Below the pieces are notes generated by a model. That model saw nothing but the letters and a program-made list of their open reading frames with translations, was not told the DNA's origin and did not search any database. Both the position numbers and the translations under genes were made by a program. A DNA stretch of 64,000 nucleotides from contig JAQTZF010000001.1 in NCBI GenBank assembly GCA_028687915.1, positions 216,229-280,228 of the forward strand, given 5' to 3'. Source of the DNA: Candidatus Daviesbacteria bacterium (GTDB taxonomy: Bacteria; Patescibacteriota; Microgenomatia; Daviesbacterales; UBA10151). Shown piece after piece: positions 8,990 through 19,034 of this stretch; position 1 is the stretch's first letter; each line of letters opens with the position of its first letter.

Positions 8990-10033
8990 ATGGATCAAAC
9001 TGCCCAACCAAACGATAATTTCTCCAAACTAAGACAGAAAATTAAAGACAATAATTTACCAGCAAATTTAGTTGAAAAACTAAATGATGAGCTGGACCGT
9101 CTGCAAAAAATGGTAGCAGCAACAGGTTATAAGTTTGAGTTTGATAAAGTGTTTGAGTATATAAATTTTGTGGCCTCATTACCTTTTAATAATTCCAGCC
9201 AGGATATTTTGGATTTAAAACGAACAGAAGCAATGTTAAATGAAAATCATTATGGCTTGAATATAGTCAAAGAAAGAATTTTAGAATATATGTCAATTTT
9301 AATATTAAATGCCAATAAAGGAGAAAAACTTCGTTCTCCTATATTATCTTTTGTAGGGTTAGTTGGATCAGGTAAAACATCAATTGCTTATTCTATAGCA
9401 GAAAGCATGGGACGAAAAATTATCAGAATTCCTTTTGGAGGACTAAGTTCTGTGACAGATTTAAGAGGTCAATCAAGAGTTAACGCGGATGCGGAACCAG
9501 GGTTATTAATGAAATCAATTATGAGAGAAGGTGTAAATAATCCTGTAATATTATTGGATGAAATAGACCGAGTAGCCACAGAATCACGAGCAGATTTAAT
9601 GGGGGTTTTGGTGGAGCTTTTGGATCCTAATCAAAACTTTGCCTTTATTGATAAATATGTGGATTTTCCATTTGATTTATCAAAAGCTTTATTTATAGCC
9701 ACAGCCAATAATACAGGTAATATTGCTACAGCAGTACTTGACAGAATGGAAATGATTGAGATGCCAGGCTATTCTGACGAAGAAAAAATTGTTATTGCTA
9801 AGAAATACTTAATGCCAAAGATTATAAAATCAGCAGGATTACCAGACAATACAATAATAATTGATGAAGCGTTATGGCCCCAGATTGTTAGGCCTTTAGG
9901 GTTTGACGCCGGAATCAGGTCATTGCAACGTAATATCGAGACTATTGTTCGTAAAGTTGCTAAACAAGTAGTAGAGGGTAATGCGGGCCCCTATAGCTTA
10001 ACAGCGGAAAATGTAGGAAAATATATAGGTTAA
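8990..10033 (+). CDS. Lon-like AAA+ ATPase module (helical linker plus AAA+ domain) with no LON N-terminal domain and no S16 peptidase domain
   Basis: Collinear with E. coli Lon residues ~250-585: HYGL..VKERILEY, Walker A GLVGSGKTS (Lon GPPGVGKTS), Walker B VILLDEIDRV, sensor-1 ATANN, and …GIRSLQRNIETIVRKVAKQ compares with AGVRGLEREISKLCRKAVKQ. ORF ends at the point where the Lon protease domain would begin. The stop overlaps the rnj start. Confidence 0.7.
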   Translation: MDQTAQPNDNFSKLRQKIKDNNLPANLVEKLNDELDRLQKMVAATGYKFEFDKVFEYINFVASLPFNNSSQDILDLKRTEAMLNENHYGLNIVKERILEYMSILILNANKGEKLRSPILSFVGLVGSGKTSIAYSIAESMGRKIIRIPFGGLSSVTDLRGQSRVNADAEPGLLMKSIMREGVNNPVILLDEIDRVATESRADLMGVLVELLDPNQNFAFIDKYVDFPFDLSKALFIATANNTGNIATAVLDRMEMIEMPGYSDEEKIVIAKKYLMPKIIKSAGLPDNTIIIDEALWPQIVRPLGFDAGIRSLQRNIETIVRKVAKQVVEGNAGPYSLTAENVGKYIG

Positions 10034-11736
10034 TGAAATCATTTTTACCAAATTTTAAATCTAATCAAGGACAAGTAATCCAACATCAGGGACTTAGAAT
10101 CATCCCCTTAGGTGGGGTTGGTGACGTGACCAAAAATATGTATATCTATGAGTATGGCCGTGACATTATCATCATTGATTGTGGTGTTGGTTTTCCGGAC
10201 GAAGCTATGTTGGGAGTAGATTTGGTTATTCCGGATATTTCCTATTTAAAGGATAAAGTTGACCGAATTAAGGCAATTATTATTACTCATCCACATGATG
10301 ACCATATTGGAGGATTAGTATATATCTGGCCAGAACTAAAGTGTCCAATTTATGCGACCAAGTTAGCAGTTGGTTTTATTAAAAATAAATTTAATGAAGC
10401 TAAATTACCAAAAGATCCAATTCATATAATTGATCCGGAAAACAAATTAAACTTGGGAGCTTTTGGAATATCATTTTATCGGGTCTCACATTCTGTGCCA
10501 GATTCAGTGGGAATTGTCATTGATACTCCTGGTTCAAGAGTCATTCACCAATCAGATTTTAAATTAGACTGGACTCCAATTATTGGTAAACCAACGGAAA
10601 TTGCAAAAATTGCCAGGTTTAGTGAAGATGGCATTGATTTATTGCTTATTGATGCATTGGGATCAGAAAAGAAAGGCTACAATGAGCCAGAGATAAATAT
10701 TTTACCAACATTCAAAAAGATTGAAGAGGAAACTGAGGGGAAAATATTATTAACCACAGCAAGTTCCAATATCAGTCGTATTCAGATGGCAATTAATGTA
10801 GCAAGTGATGCAGGACGAAAAGTAGCTTTGGTGGGTCGTTCTATGGAAAGTAATTTTCAAGTTGCCAGAGACCTTGGTTATTTACATATTCCACCAGGCA
10901 TAATTATTGCTCAGGAAGAGGTTAAAAGGTTTCCTGATAATAAATTATTATTAATCATTGCAGGTTCTCAGGGTCAACCAGGTTCAGCTTTGTCCAGGGT
11001 TGCTAATAATGATCATAAACATGTATTTCTTAAAAAAGATGATACAGTTATCTTTTCTGCCGATCCAATTCCCTCAACAGAAACTGCTCAACATGCCTTG
11101 ATTGATAAATTAGCCAAAATGGGAGTAGATGTCAGGTATAAAGAAATGGAAGATGCTTTGCATGTTTCTGGACATGAAACAGCAGAAGAAATTAAGATGA
11201 TGATCAATATAATCAGGCCAAAAGCTTTGGTTCCAATTGGGGCAACTTATCGGGGAATGATAGCTTTTTCTAAATTGGCAAAAGATTTGGGCTATACTGA
11301 AAAACAAATTCTTTTAGCTGAGGATGGGCAAATTATTAACCTTGTTTCAGGTGTCTCTCGTCTTGAGGGTAGAATTGATGTTCGAAATATTTATGTTGAT
11401 GGATTAGGGATAGGAGATGTGGGAAATGTTATATTAAGGGACAGAAAAGTGATGTCTGAGGAGGGAATAGTATTGGTAATTGTTCCTGTGGATAGTCATA
11501 CTAGCCAATTAGTAGGAGAGCCTGATATAGTAACTCGTGGGTTTGTTTTTGAAAGAGAAGCAGAAGAAATGCTGTCAAAAGCACGAAGTGTAGTCAGATC
11601 ATGTTTGGCAGATCATCCTAATGCTATTTTAGATTGGAGATTTACCAGAAGCCATATTGAAGAAAATTTGGATAAATTCTTCTTTGAGGAGTTGCATCGC
11701 AGACCCATGATTCTACCATTAATTGTAGAAGTCTAA
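10033..11736 (+). CDS. rnj: Ribonuclease J (beta-CASP metallo-beta-lactamase RNase)
   Basis: HPHDDHIGG (HxHxDH) motif, beta-CASP architecture, 567 aa. Confidence 0.85.
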   Translation: MKSFLPNFKSNQGQVIQHQGLRIIPLGGVGDVTKNMYIYEYGRDIIIIDCGVGFPDEAMLGVDLVIPDISYLKDKVDRIKAIIITHPHDDHIGGLVYIWPELKCPIYATKLAVGFIKNKFNEAKLPKDPIHIIDPENKLNLGAFGISFYRVSHSVPDSVGIVIDTPGSRVIHQSDFKLDWTPIIGKPTEIAKIARFSEDGIDLLLIDALGSEKKGYNEPEINILPTFKKIEEETEGKILLTTASSNISRIQMAINVASDAGRKVALVGRSMESNFQVARDLGYLHIPPGIIIAQEEVKRFPDNKLLLIIAGSQGQPGSALSRVANNDHKHVFLKKDDTVIFSADPIPSTETAQHALIDKLAKMGVDVRYKEMEDALHVSGHETAEEIKMMINIIRPKALVPIGATYRGMIAFSKLAKDLGYTEKQILLAEDGQIINLVSGVSRLEGRIDVRNIYVDGLGIGDVGNVILRDRKVMSEEGIVLVIVPVDSHTSQLVGEPDIVTRGFVFEREAEEMLSKARSVVRSCLADHPNAILDWRFTRSHIEENLDKFFFEELHRRPMILPLIVEV

Positions 11737-11779
11737 TAATCCTATAGTATATTAGGATATGTTATAATAAGGAGGTAAT

Positions 11780-13900
11780 ATGTCTAGACGTCGTTCAATG
11801 TATTCTTTGCCAAAACTAAAACTAAAACCAAAAACGATTATTACTATTGGAACAGTTATTGCATTCATTTTTGCAATTATTTCCGGAGTGTCTTTATTTA
11901 CTGAAACTGCAAAACTATTATTTTGGAGAGAGTTTTTATACGGAAACTTAGGTTGGACATCTTATTTTTCACCATTTATCTTTTTAATTTCTGGATTGGT
12001 TCTACAACGATTTAAGTGGCAATATGCCCAGCCAAATGTCTTGTTAGGCCTTATTACAATTATTATTTCACTATCTGCTTTAACTGCTTCTTTTTTCTCT
12101 GATGGTGCAGGTGATTTGGGTAATTTAATTTGGAATGAGTTGGCTGGAATATTAACAGGGTTTGGTGCAGCAGGAGTATTACTTGGAATTTTAATAGTGG
12201 GATTAATAGTATTTTTTAATACTTCTGCTTCTCAGGTTTTAGAAATAGTGACTGCAATTTATAAGTTTATTCAGGGAAATATTTTTAGTCCCATATTTGG
12301 CAGATTTTTTGGACCAAGTTTAGCTGAGCCAAGGAAAATATCAATTAAAGTATCTGGTATGCAAGAGACACCAAAAGTTGCTGTTGCGCCACAAAAAGAA
12401 ACAGCTATTATGGCAGATGAACTTGTTCAGAACGTGGCTGGTCAAACTAAAATCTGGAAATATCCACCAATTAGTTTACTCTCTGATAAAGTGGGAGCGC
12501 CAGCAGACCGGGGCGATGTAAAGAAAAATGCTTCAACAATTGAAAAAACTTTGGATGCTTTTGGGGTATTGGCTGAGGTAGCAGAAGTTAATGGTGGCCC
12601 ATCAGTTACTCAGTATGCTTTAAAAATATCTTCGGGCACAAAAATTGCCAAGATTACCAACTTACAACATGATTTGGCCATGGCTTTGGCAGCCAGAACC
12701 GGAACTGTCCGGGTTGAAGCTCCAATTCCAGGAAAATCATTGGTGGGAATTGAAGTACCAAATAAAACATTAGAAGTTGTAGGTTTAAAAACTATTTTAG
12801 CCTCAGATGATATGCAAAAACAAAAAAGCAAATTGGCAATAGCTTTGGGAAGAGATACCTCTTCTAAAGAAATAATTGTTGATTTAGCTAAAATGCCTCA
12901 CTGTCTAGTTGCTGGTACTACTGGTTCTGGAAAATCCATCATGTTAAATGCACTTATTGCGTCCTTGCTTTATCGAAACTCTCCGGAGGAATTAAAACTT
13001 ATTTTAGTTGATCCAAAAAGGGTAGAGATGTCTAACTACAATGGCATTCCTCATTTATTAACTCCGGTTATCAATGAACCAGAAAAGATTTTATCGGCTT
13101 TAAAATGGACTATGGCAGAGATGGATAGACGTTATAAAACATTTCAAGCAGTGGGAGTTAGAAATATACAAGGCTACAATGAGATGTCAGGTTTTCAGGC
13201 ACTTCCATATATTGTAGTGGTAATTGATGAGTTGGCAGACTTAATGCTTTTTGCTCCGGTTGAGGTGGAAGATGCTATTACCCGTTTAGCACAATTATCC
13301 CGAGCCACAGGTATTCATTTAGTAATTGCCACACAGCGTCCATCTGTTGATGTTATAACTGGTTTAATTAAAGCTAATATTCCTTGTCGGGTTGCTTTTA
13401 CAGTTTCCTCCATGGTTGATTCACGGGTTATTCTTGATTCTCCAGGAGCAGAAAAATTACTGGGGCGTGGAGACATGTTGTTTTTACCGCCTGATGCTTC
13501 CAAGCCAATGCGTATTCAGGGAGTTTTTGTGTCTGATGCTGAACTAAACAGTTTAATTGACTTTTTGAAATCCACTGGTGTGGCTCCACAATATACTACT
13601 GAAATTACAGAAATGCCTATTGGTAGGGTTGGTGGTAAATCAGGAGGTAGTTCAGGTGGTGCTGATGATCGGGACGAGCTCTTTGATGAAGCTATTAAAA
13701 CAGTTTGCCAATATGACCGGGCTTCAGCATCGTTATTACAGCGAAGGCTTAGAGTAGGCTATGCCAGAGCTGCCAGAATGATTGATGAGCTGGAAGCAGC
13801 AGGAATTGTAGGGGCTGGAGAAGGTTCAAAACCTCGAGACGTGTTAGTCAGAAATGCAGATGAATACTTTGCTCAAAAGAATAACCCTACTGAAAGTTAA
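11780..13900 (+). CDS. ftsK: DNA translocase FtsK/SpoIIIE
   Basis: N-terminal transmembrane helices, GTTGSGKS Walker A, VVIDELADLM Walker B, C-terminal winged-helix gamma domain (…LLQRRLRVGYARAARMIDELE…). Strong Shine-Dalgarno AAGGAGG at 11768-11774. Confidence 0.9.
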   Translation: MSRRRSMYSLPKLKLKPKTIITIGTVIAFIFAIISGVSLFTETAKLLFWREFLYGNLGWTSYFSPFIFLISGLVLQRFKWQYAQPNVLLGLITIIISLSALTASFFSDGAGDLGNLIWNELAGILTGFGAAGVLLGILIVGLIVFFNTSASQVLEIVTAIYKFIQGNIFSPIFGRFFGPSLAEPRKISIKVSGMQETPKVAVAPQKETAIMADELVQNVAGQTKIWKYPPISLLSDKVGAPADRGDVKKNASTIEKTLDAFGVLAEVAEVNGGPSVTQYALKISSGTKIAKITNLQHDLAMALAARTGTVRVEAPIPGKSLVGIEVPNKTLEVVGLKTILASDDMQKQKSKLAIALGRDTSSKEIIVDLAKMPHCLVAGTTGSGKSIMLNALIASLLYRNSPEELKLILVDPKRVEMSNYNGIPHLLTPVINEPEKILSALKWTMAEMDRRYKTFQAVGVRNIQGYNEMSGFQALPYIVVVIDELADLMLFAPVEVEDAITRLAQLSRATGIHLVIATQRPSVDVITGLIKANIPCRVAFTVSSMVDSRVILDSPGAEKLLGRGDMLFLPPDASKPMRIQGVFVSDAELNSLIDFLKSTGVAPQYTTEITEMPIGRVGGKSGGSSGGADDRDELFDEAIKTVCQYDRASASLLQRRLRVGYARAARMIDELEAAGIVGAGEGSKPRDVLVRNADEYFAQKNNPTES

Positions 13901-14634
13901 GTTGTAGGTTGGGATGAGGTAAGAAAGTCTGAGGCTTTGGGAGAATTTTCCATTGAATCATTATTTATTTCTTCTTTTGAATCCTCAAAATCTGCTAAAT
14001 CTTCTGTTTGATAATTAGTATTTTCTTCAGGTTTTGATTCACTCATAGTTTCCTGAATTGGTTCTTCTTCTGTTTTGGTGTTTGAACTTAAATTACCCAG
14101 TAATTCATCAATTGGACTCATAACAGCAGCAAAACGCTTGGCTTCTTCTTTCTTTTTTATTCTTTCGATTGATGCATCAGAAGCTTCTTTAAAATCTTCA
14201 AATTGTGGCTCTGTAAGGTGAGTATAGGCTAAGATAACTTTATTAACACAACTCTGTCCTTGAGTTTCAATTTGTTTAATATTATTAAAAAGCATGATAT
14301 AAAAGTCTTGCCCGGTATCTGGTTGCTTGCTATGATTAATTTCTACTTCATAATCTCCTAAATCCATGCGGTAGTGATCTTCTATGGAAGCAACTTCAAA
14401 TTTATTTAAATCAGTATGGCTAACAGGCAATTTATCCTGATTTATTAAATCTATTAATTGATTTAAGTATTTTTCTGATTTTTCTCCATCTCCTGCAGGA
14501 GGAGGTGGCTCTTGTGGCATTTCCTGAGGCTGTTGTATGGGTTCCTCTGGCAGATCTATAGTATTTGAATTAGTAGTTGGTGCAGTATCGTCGAGCATTC
14601 CTCTTATATTAGAGAAGGTTGGAACACCAGTCAA
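13897..14634 (-). CDS. Hypothetical acidic protein (245 aa, D/E/P/Q/T-rich termini)
   Basis: Intact ORF convergent with ftsK, overlapping it by 4 nt. No transmembrane segment, no motif recognised. Confidence 0.45.
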   Translation of the reverse strand: MTGVPTFSNIRGMLDDTAPTTNSNTIDLPEEPIQQPQEMPQEPPPPAGDGEKSEKYLNQLIDLINQDKLPVSHTDLNKFEVASIEDHYRMDLGDYEVEINHSKQPDTGQDFYIMLFNNIKQIETQGQSCVNKVILAYTHLTEPQFEDFKEASDASIERIKKKEEAKRFAAVMSPIDELLGNLSSNTKTEEEPIQETMSESKPEENTNYQTEDLADFEDSKEEINNDSMENSPKASDFLTSSQPTT

Positions 14635-14725
14635 TAAGTCGTTTTTAGATAGAAATCTAACTTAATATCTCATTTTACCTTGAATGTTTACCAGATAGGT
14701 AGGATAATAGGGATTATTCAATTAT

Positions 14726-15364
14726 ATGAGAACTGTTGGGCAAATATTAAAAGAAGCCAGGGAACAAAAAGTTTATACCCTGGAACAAGTAGAAAAAGCT
14801 ATTAAGATTAGAAAAGAGCTTTTAGTAGCTTTGGAATCAGATAATTATAAAAAATTACCACCTCCTACTTTTGTGCGTGGTTTTATTAAAAATTATGCTT
14901 CTTTTTTGGGGTTGGATGCTGGTAAATTATTGGCAATCTTTAGAAGGGAATTTGCAGAGGATAGGCATAAGCCTTATGTGATGGATGCTTTTTCTAATCC
15001 AGTGGAAACTCCCAGATTTAAACTTACACCTAATCAGCTAATTGGGGGTGTGGTGGTATTAATTGTGCTTTCTTTTTTTGTTTACCTGTGGGTGCAGTAT
15101 CGTGGGTTAGTTGGTGCTCCACAACTTGTTATTACTTCACCTCAGGATCAAATGACAGTAAGTGATCCAAATTTAGAAGTGATTGGAAAAACAGATACTG
15201 AGGTTAAGGTGTTAGTTAATAGTCAGGAGATTCAGGTTGATAGTGAAGGTAATTTTAAAGAACAAATCACTCTTCCTTCTCAGGTAAATAAAATTACCAT
15301 TGATGCAATTTCCAAATTTGGCCAAAAAACAGAAATAGAAAGAACTGTTTACCTTAAAAGGTAG
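14726..15364 (+). CDS. rodZ: RodZ-like cytoskeletal protein (N-terminal HTH, single transmembrane segment, C-terminal domain)
   Basis: N-terminus …TLEQVEKAIKIRKELLVALESDNY…FVRGFIKNYASFLGLD matches the RodZ/XRE-HTH family, followed by the transmembrane segment GGVVVLIVLSFFVYLW. Confidence 0.6.
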   Translation: MRTVGQILKEAREQKVYTLEQVEKAIKIRKELLVALESDNYKKLPPPTFVRGFIKNYASFLGLDAGKLLAIFRREFAEDRHKPYVMDAFSNPVETPRFKLTPNQLIGGVVVLIVLSFFVYLWVQYRGLVGAPQLVITSPQDQMTVSDPNLEVIGKTDTEVKVLVNSQEIQVDSEGNFKEQITLPSQVNKITIDAISKFGQKTEIERTVYLKR

Positions 15365-15415
15365 TAAGAGGCAAGCTTTACTTATTTAAAAAGATAATGT
15401 GAGATACTGAATAAG

Positions 15416-16015
15416 ATGAATCAAAAAGGTTTTGCCCTAATTTTGATAATTTTAGGTGTTGCTCTGATTTTAGGCATAGCAGGTGGGGTTTACTATTTAG
15501 GACAAGTATCTGTAAAATTACCAACCTTTCAAACTTCTGTTTCTTCTACTAAGACCCCTGCAAAAACTACCAGTAATTCTACACCCCTTGTTGATGGAGC
15601 TGCTAATTGGAAAACATATCAAAATTCAAAACTAGGAATAGAATTCATGTATCCTTCAGACTATACAATACAACAGATGAGTGATATTAGTGTTGATTTG
15701 TTAGTCCCCTATAGGCCGAAAGGTCAAATAATGGATGTACATATTAAGTTTTTAAGGAAAATAGTTTTTCCAAAAGAAGATATGAAGAAATGTGGTGAAA
15801 AAGAAGACATTGTTTATGATCTTAGATCAACAAATTGTTATAAAGATATTATGATAGGTGGAGTTGCAGGGATAAAATATGCCCAGGGATGGGATAATAT
15901 AATAATTACAGAAAAACCAGAACTTCAAATAATAATAGATGGTGCAATTATTTATAGATTTTCCTATGGAGAAACAATAGATAAAATTCTTTCTACTTTT
16001 AAATTCACAAATTAA
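15416..16015 (+). CDS. Secreted/anchored paralog-family protein (pilin-like leader MNQKGFALILIILGV…, core …NWKTYQNSKLGIEFMYP…, C-terminal …ILSTFKFTN)
   Basis: Shares the N-terminal leader, central motif and C-terminal motif with the paralogs at 31.7-38.2 kb. Confidence 0.6.
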   Translation: MNQKGFALILIILGVALILGIAGGVYYLGQVSVKLPTFQTSVSSTKTPAKTTSNSTPLVDGAANWKTYQNSKLGIEFMYPSDYTIQQMSDISVDLLVPYRPKGQIMDVHIKFLRKIVFPKEDMKKCGEKEDIVYDLRSTNCYKDIMIGGVAGIKYAQGWDNIIITEKPELQIIIDGAIIYRFSYGETIDKILSTFKFTN

Positions 16016-16026
16016 AAATTTTATTT

Positions 16027-17844
16027 TTATCCTAAAACAGCGTAGATTCTTCTGATGCCAGCTGAAGCTGATTCTTCTTTAATTATTTTAAACTTTCCTA
16101 ACTCTCCAGTTTGTTTAACATGGGGTCCACCACAAATTTCCCGACTGAAAGGAGGTTCTGAGCGACCGGAGGGAGTCGAAGGATCACTTATTGTATAAAC
16201 AGCTACAGAATCTCCATACTTATCTATAAAAAATCCTAAAGCACCAGATTCTAAGGCAATTTGCTTATCCATAATTTCTGAAGTTACTGTTAAATTATCT
16301 TCTATTGCTTTATTAACTAGATTTTCAATCTCTTTGATTTGTTCTTCTGTCAGCTTTTCTTTGTGGGAAAAATCAAATCTTAATCTATCTGCAGTAATAT
16401 TACTGCCTTTTTGCTGAACACCCTCTCCTAATACTTTTCGGAGTGCAGCATTAAGTAAATGAGTAGCTGTATGATATTTTGTAGCAATTTCTGTTTGCTC
16501 TGTTAAACCTCCTTTAAACATCCCAGCAGAAGCTGTTCTGGATAACTCCTTATGAGCATTAAATTCTTTTTCAAATTCAGCGTGATCAACATTTTGTCCT
16601 TTTAATTTAAACAGCTCTTCTGTAATCTCTAATGGAAAACCATAGGTTTGATATAAATCAAAAGCTTTTTTGCCATCTATTTTTTCAATCTTATTAATTT
16701 CTTTTAAACCAGCATCCAAAGTTTTGGCAAAACGATTTAACTCATCCGCCACTACTGCAAAAACAGATTTGGAATCTTCTTCTGTATTGATGTTATAGTT
16801 GCCCTCATAAATAGTCAAAATAGTTTCTACTATTTCCATAATAGATTCTGCATTCCAGATTTTGCCAGAAAGCTGATGCATTTTTACCATTGAACGGCGG
16901 AGGAGCCTTCTTAAAACATAACCCTGCATCTTATTGGCAGGTAATACTCCATCAAGAATTAAAAAAGTTGAGGCTTTAAAATGATCAGCAATAATACGAA
17001 ATTCTTTTAAATTTTCCTCATATTTTTTATTTGTAATTTTCTCTATTTTTTTAATAATTGGTAAAAATAATTCTGTTTGATAATCATCATCAACTCCATT
17101 GGTTAATGCTAAGGCTCTTTCCATTCCCATCCCAGTATCAACATTTTGCTGGGATAATTTTTCAAATTTTCCTTCGGCAGTTTTGTTGTATTGCATAAAC
17201 ACATCATTCCAGATTTCTACCCATTGTTTATTTTCTGGATCAAATGTTTTTGGAGCAGTATCAGTGCCTGTCCAAATAAACATTTCAGAATCAGGTCCAC
17301 AAGGCCCCACGTTTCCAACTGGTCCCCACCAGTTATCTTTTTTGGGAAGTTTAGTAATCCTATCCTTATCAATTCCCAAGCTTAACCAGATATCATATGA
17401 TTCATTATCAAAAGGGGCATCTGTATCACCCTCGAAGACAGAAACACCTAACTTTTCTTTTGGTAAATTTAAATACTCAGGGGAAGTTAAAAATTCAAAG
17501 CTCCATTTTAGGGCGTCGGTTTTAAAGTAATCTCCAAGGCTCCAATTTCCCAGCATTTCAAAAAAAGTATGATGGCAAATATCACCCACCTCATCAATAT
17601 CATCTGTTCTTAAACATTTTTGAATATCTGTTAATCTTTTACCTTCAGGGTGTTTTTCACCTAATAAATAGGGGACTAAAGGATGCATTCCTGCTGTAGT
17701 AAAAAGTACTGATGGGTCATTTTCAGGCACTAAAGGAGCTGAAGGGATAACTTTGTGTCCCTCGCTTGCAAAAAAATCCAAATATTTTTGTCTTAACTCT
17801 GAAGCCTTCATGTAGGAATTATAACTTATATTTATTCCAAACAT
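16027..17844 (-). CDS. alaS: Alanine--tRNA ligase, truncated form (catalytic, tRNA-recognition and editing domains; no C-terminal C-Ala domain). True start may be the Met at 17811.
   Basis: …FTTAGMHPLVPYLLG…HHTFFEMLGNWSLGDYFK… class-II motifs. Editing-domain HTATHLLNAAL … CGGPHV. 605 aa versus the usual ~870 aa. Confidence 0.85.
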   Translation of the reverse strand: MFGINISYNSYMKASELRQKYLDFFASEGHKVIPSAPLVPENDPSVLFTTAGMHPLVPYLLGEKHPEGKRLTDIQKCLRTDDIDEVGDICHHTFFEMLGNWSLGDYFKTDALKWSFEFLTSPEYLNLPKEKLGVSVFEGDTDAPFDNESYDIWLSLGIDKDRITKLPKKDNWWGPVGNVGPCGPDSEMFIWTGTDTAPKTFDPENKQWVEIWNDVFMQYNKTAEGKFEKLSQQNVDTGMGMERALALTNGVDDDYQTELFLPIIKKIEKITNKKYEENLKEFRIIADHFKASTFLILDGVLPANKMQGYVLRRLLRRSMVKMHQLSGKIWNAESIMEIVETILTIYEGNYNINTEEDSKSVFAVVADELNRFAKTLDAGLKEINKIEKIDGKKAFDLYQTYGFPLEITEELFKLKGQNVDHAEFEKEFNAHKELSRTASAGMFKGGLTEQTEIATKYHTATHLLNAALRKVLGEGVQQKGSNITADRLRFDFSHKEKLTEEQIKEIENLVNKAIEDNLTVTSEIMDKQIALESGALGFFIDKYGDSVAVYTISDPSTPSGRSEPPFSREICGGPHVKQTGELGKFKIIKEESASAGIRRIYAVLG

Positions 17845-17886
17845 AAGTTTAAGATATTTTTACTTTAAGGAAAGTGAAATAAGCTA

Positions 17887-18624
17887 TTATGAAACCATTT
17901 TAGAAAGAAGAAGCAGATTTTGCCAAACTTCCGAAATCTTTTCTTGAGATATGGTAGGTGGGAGATTAACTTTGATTATTGATTGGCCATTACATTCGGA
18001 AAATGGAGCGTTCCAACAGGAGTAAATTAGATTAAGCAATCTTTGGGTATGATTAGAGATGGACGGAGTAATCTTTTTCATCTCCTGAAATATAATTTGT
18101 CTTGCGTTGGAAGGGAGTAAAACAACTACTGCTATGGCAAGAGGTAAACTGTCACGATTAAAGTTGTTTAGATCTTCGCCTGTTACAAAATCTCTGGCAA
18201 TATCAGGGTCAGCAGCAGAATTAATTATTTTGGCAGCTGTGGTAGGGGGAATAATTTCTAAAAAATCTGTCATACACCGTTCAGCGGAAAATTTATAGGG
18301 ATATAATCTCTGCCCAGAACTTTCTTCAATTTGTTCTCCGAGTATTGAGGTAGCAACTAAAATGCCGGTTAGCCCATGCTGCTCTTTTGAGTTTTTTCCT
18401 TTAGGGAGCTGTAAAACTTCATCTTCCCAGACTCTTTGTTTGTGAAGAATGCTATTAGCCCAAGCGATTGGATAAAATGGTTCTAATGGTTTTTTAAAGT
18501 ATCTGCCTAGCATTTTTGAAAGAAGGGCATTTTTGCATTCTTGAGATGGGATTTGTTTAACAAGGGAAACTTCTCCATAACTGCCTTCTTTTATTACTTC
18601 ATAACTATTGTGTGCATTTTCCAT
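17887..18624 (-). CDS. Hypothetical protein (245 aa)
   Basis: Intact ORF. No motif recognised. Confidence 0.45.
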   Translation of the reverse strand: MENAHNSYEVIKEGSYGEVSLVKQIPSQECKNALLSKMLGRYFKKPLEPFYPIAWANSILHKQRVWEDEVLQLPKGKNSKEQHGLTGILVATSILGEQIEESSGQRLYPYKFSAERCMTDFLEIIPPTTAAKIINSAADPDIARDFVTGEDLNNFNRDSLPLAIAVVVLLPSNARQIIFQEMKKITPSISNHTQRLLNLIYSCWNAPFSECNGQSIIKVNLPPTISQEKISEVWQNLLLLSKMVS

Positions 18625-18662
18625 TACAATAAAAGGATTATAGGGCTGGTCAAGGAAGTAGT

Positions 18663-18941
18663 CTACCGGGTAGATTGTGCTTCAAGTGCTGCTTCGCCGA
18701 TCTCTTCCATCTTAGCTAAGCGGGTATAGTAATCCGGAATTTCATTTAAATGAGCTAAGGCAATTTTAGCAGTTAGGATTGGGTCATCATTAGTCACATT
18801 AGTTGAGGGAGAAACAGTACCATGTTCAAGCTCCACATCCAGCCCCATCCTAAATTGTTCAATATCCCATCTACTCCAATCAACACTTAGTTGTTCTCCA
18901 ATTTGTTTAGCTTCTTCAGTAGTAAAACTAGTTTTTGCCAT
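18663..18941 (-). CDS. Small conserved hypothetical protein (92 aa) with motif …LDVELEHGT…NVTNDDPILTAKIALAHLNEIPDYYTRLAKME
   Basis: Motif resembles a small uncharacterised family that recurs in bacteria and phages. The DUF assignment is from memory and not verified. Confidence 0.4.
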   Translation of the reverse strand: MAKTSFTTEEAKQIGEQLSVDWSRWDIEQFRMGLDVELEHGTVSPSTNVTNDDPILTAKIALAHLNEIPDYYTRLAKMEEIGEAALEAQSTR

Positions 18942-19034
18942 CTCGATAAAAAGTATAACATATAGACTTGGCTAATTTTTTTAGAAGTGTTAAACTAATT
19001 ACATGCGCCTGCCTTAGCGGTAGGCAGTTTCTAT

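Noticed and set aside
18942-19034. Inverted repeat CTGCC-N9-GGCAG (19009-19027) in the divergent promoter region
   Set aside because: Only 5 bp per arm; too weak to call an operator or terminator without conservation data.
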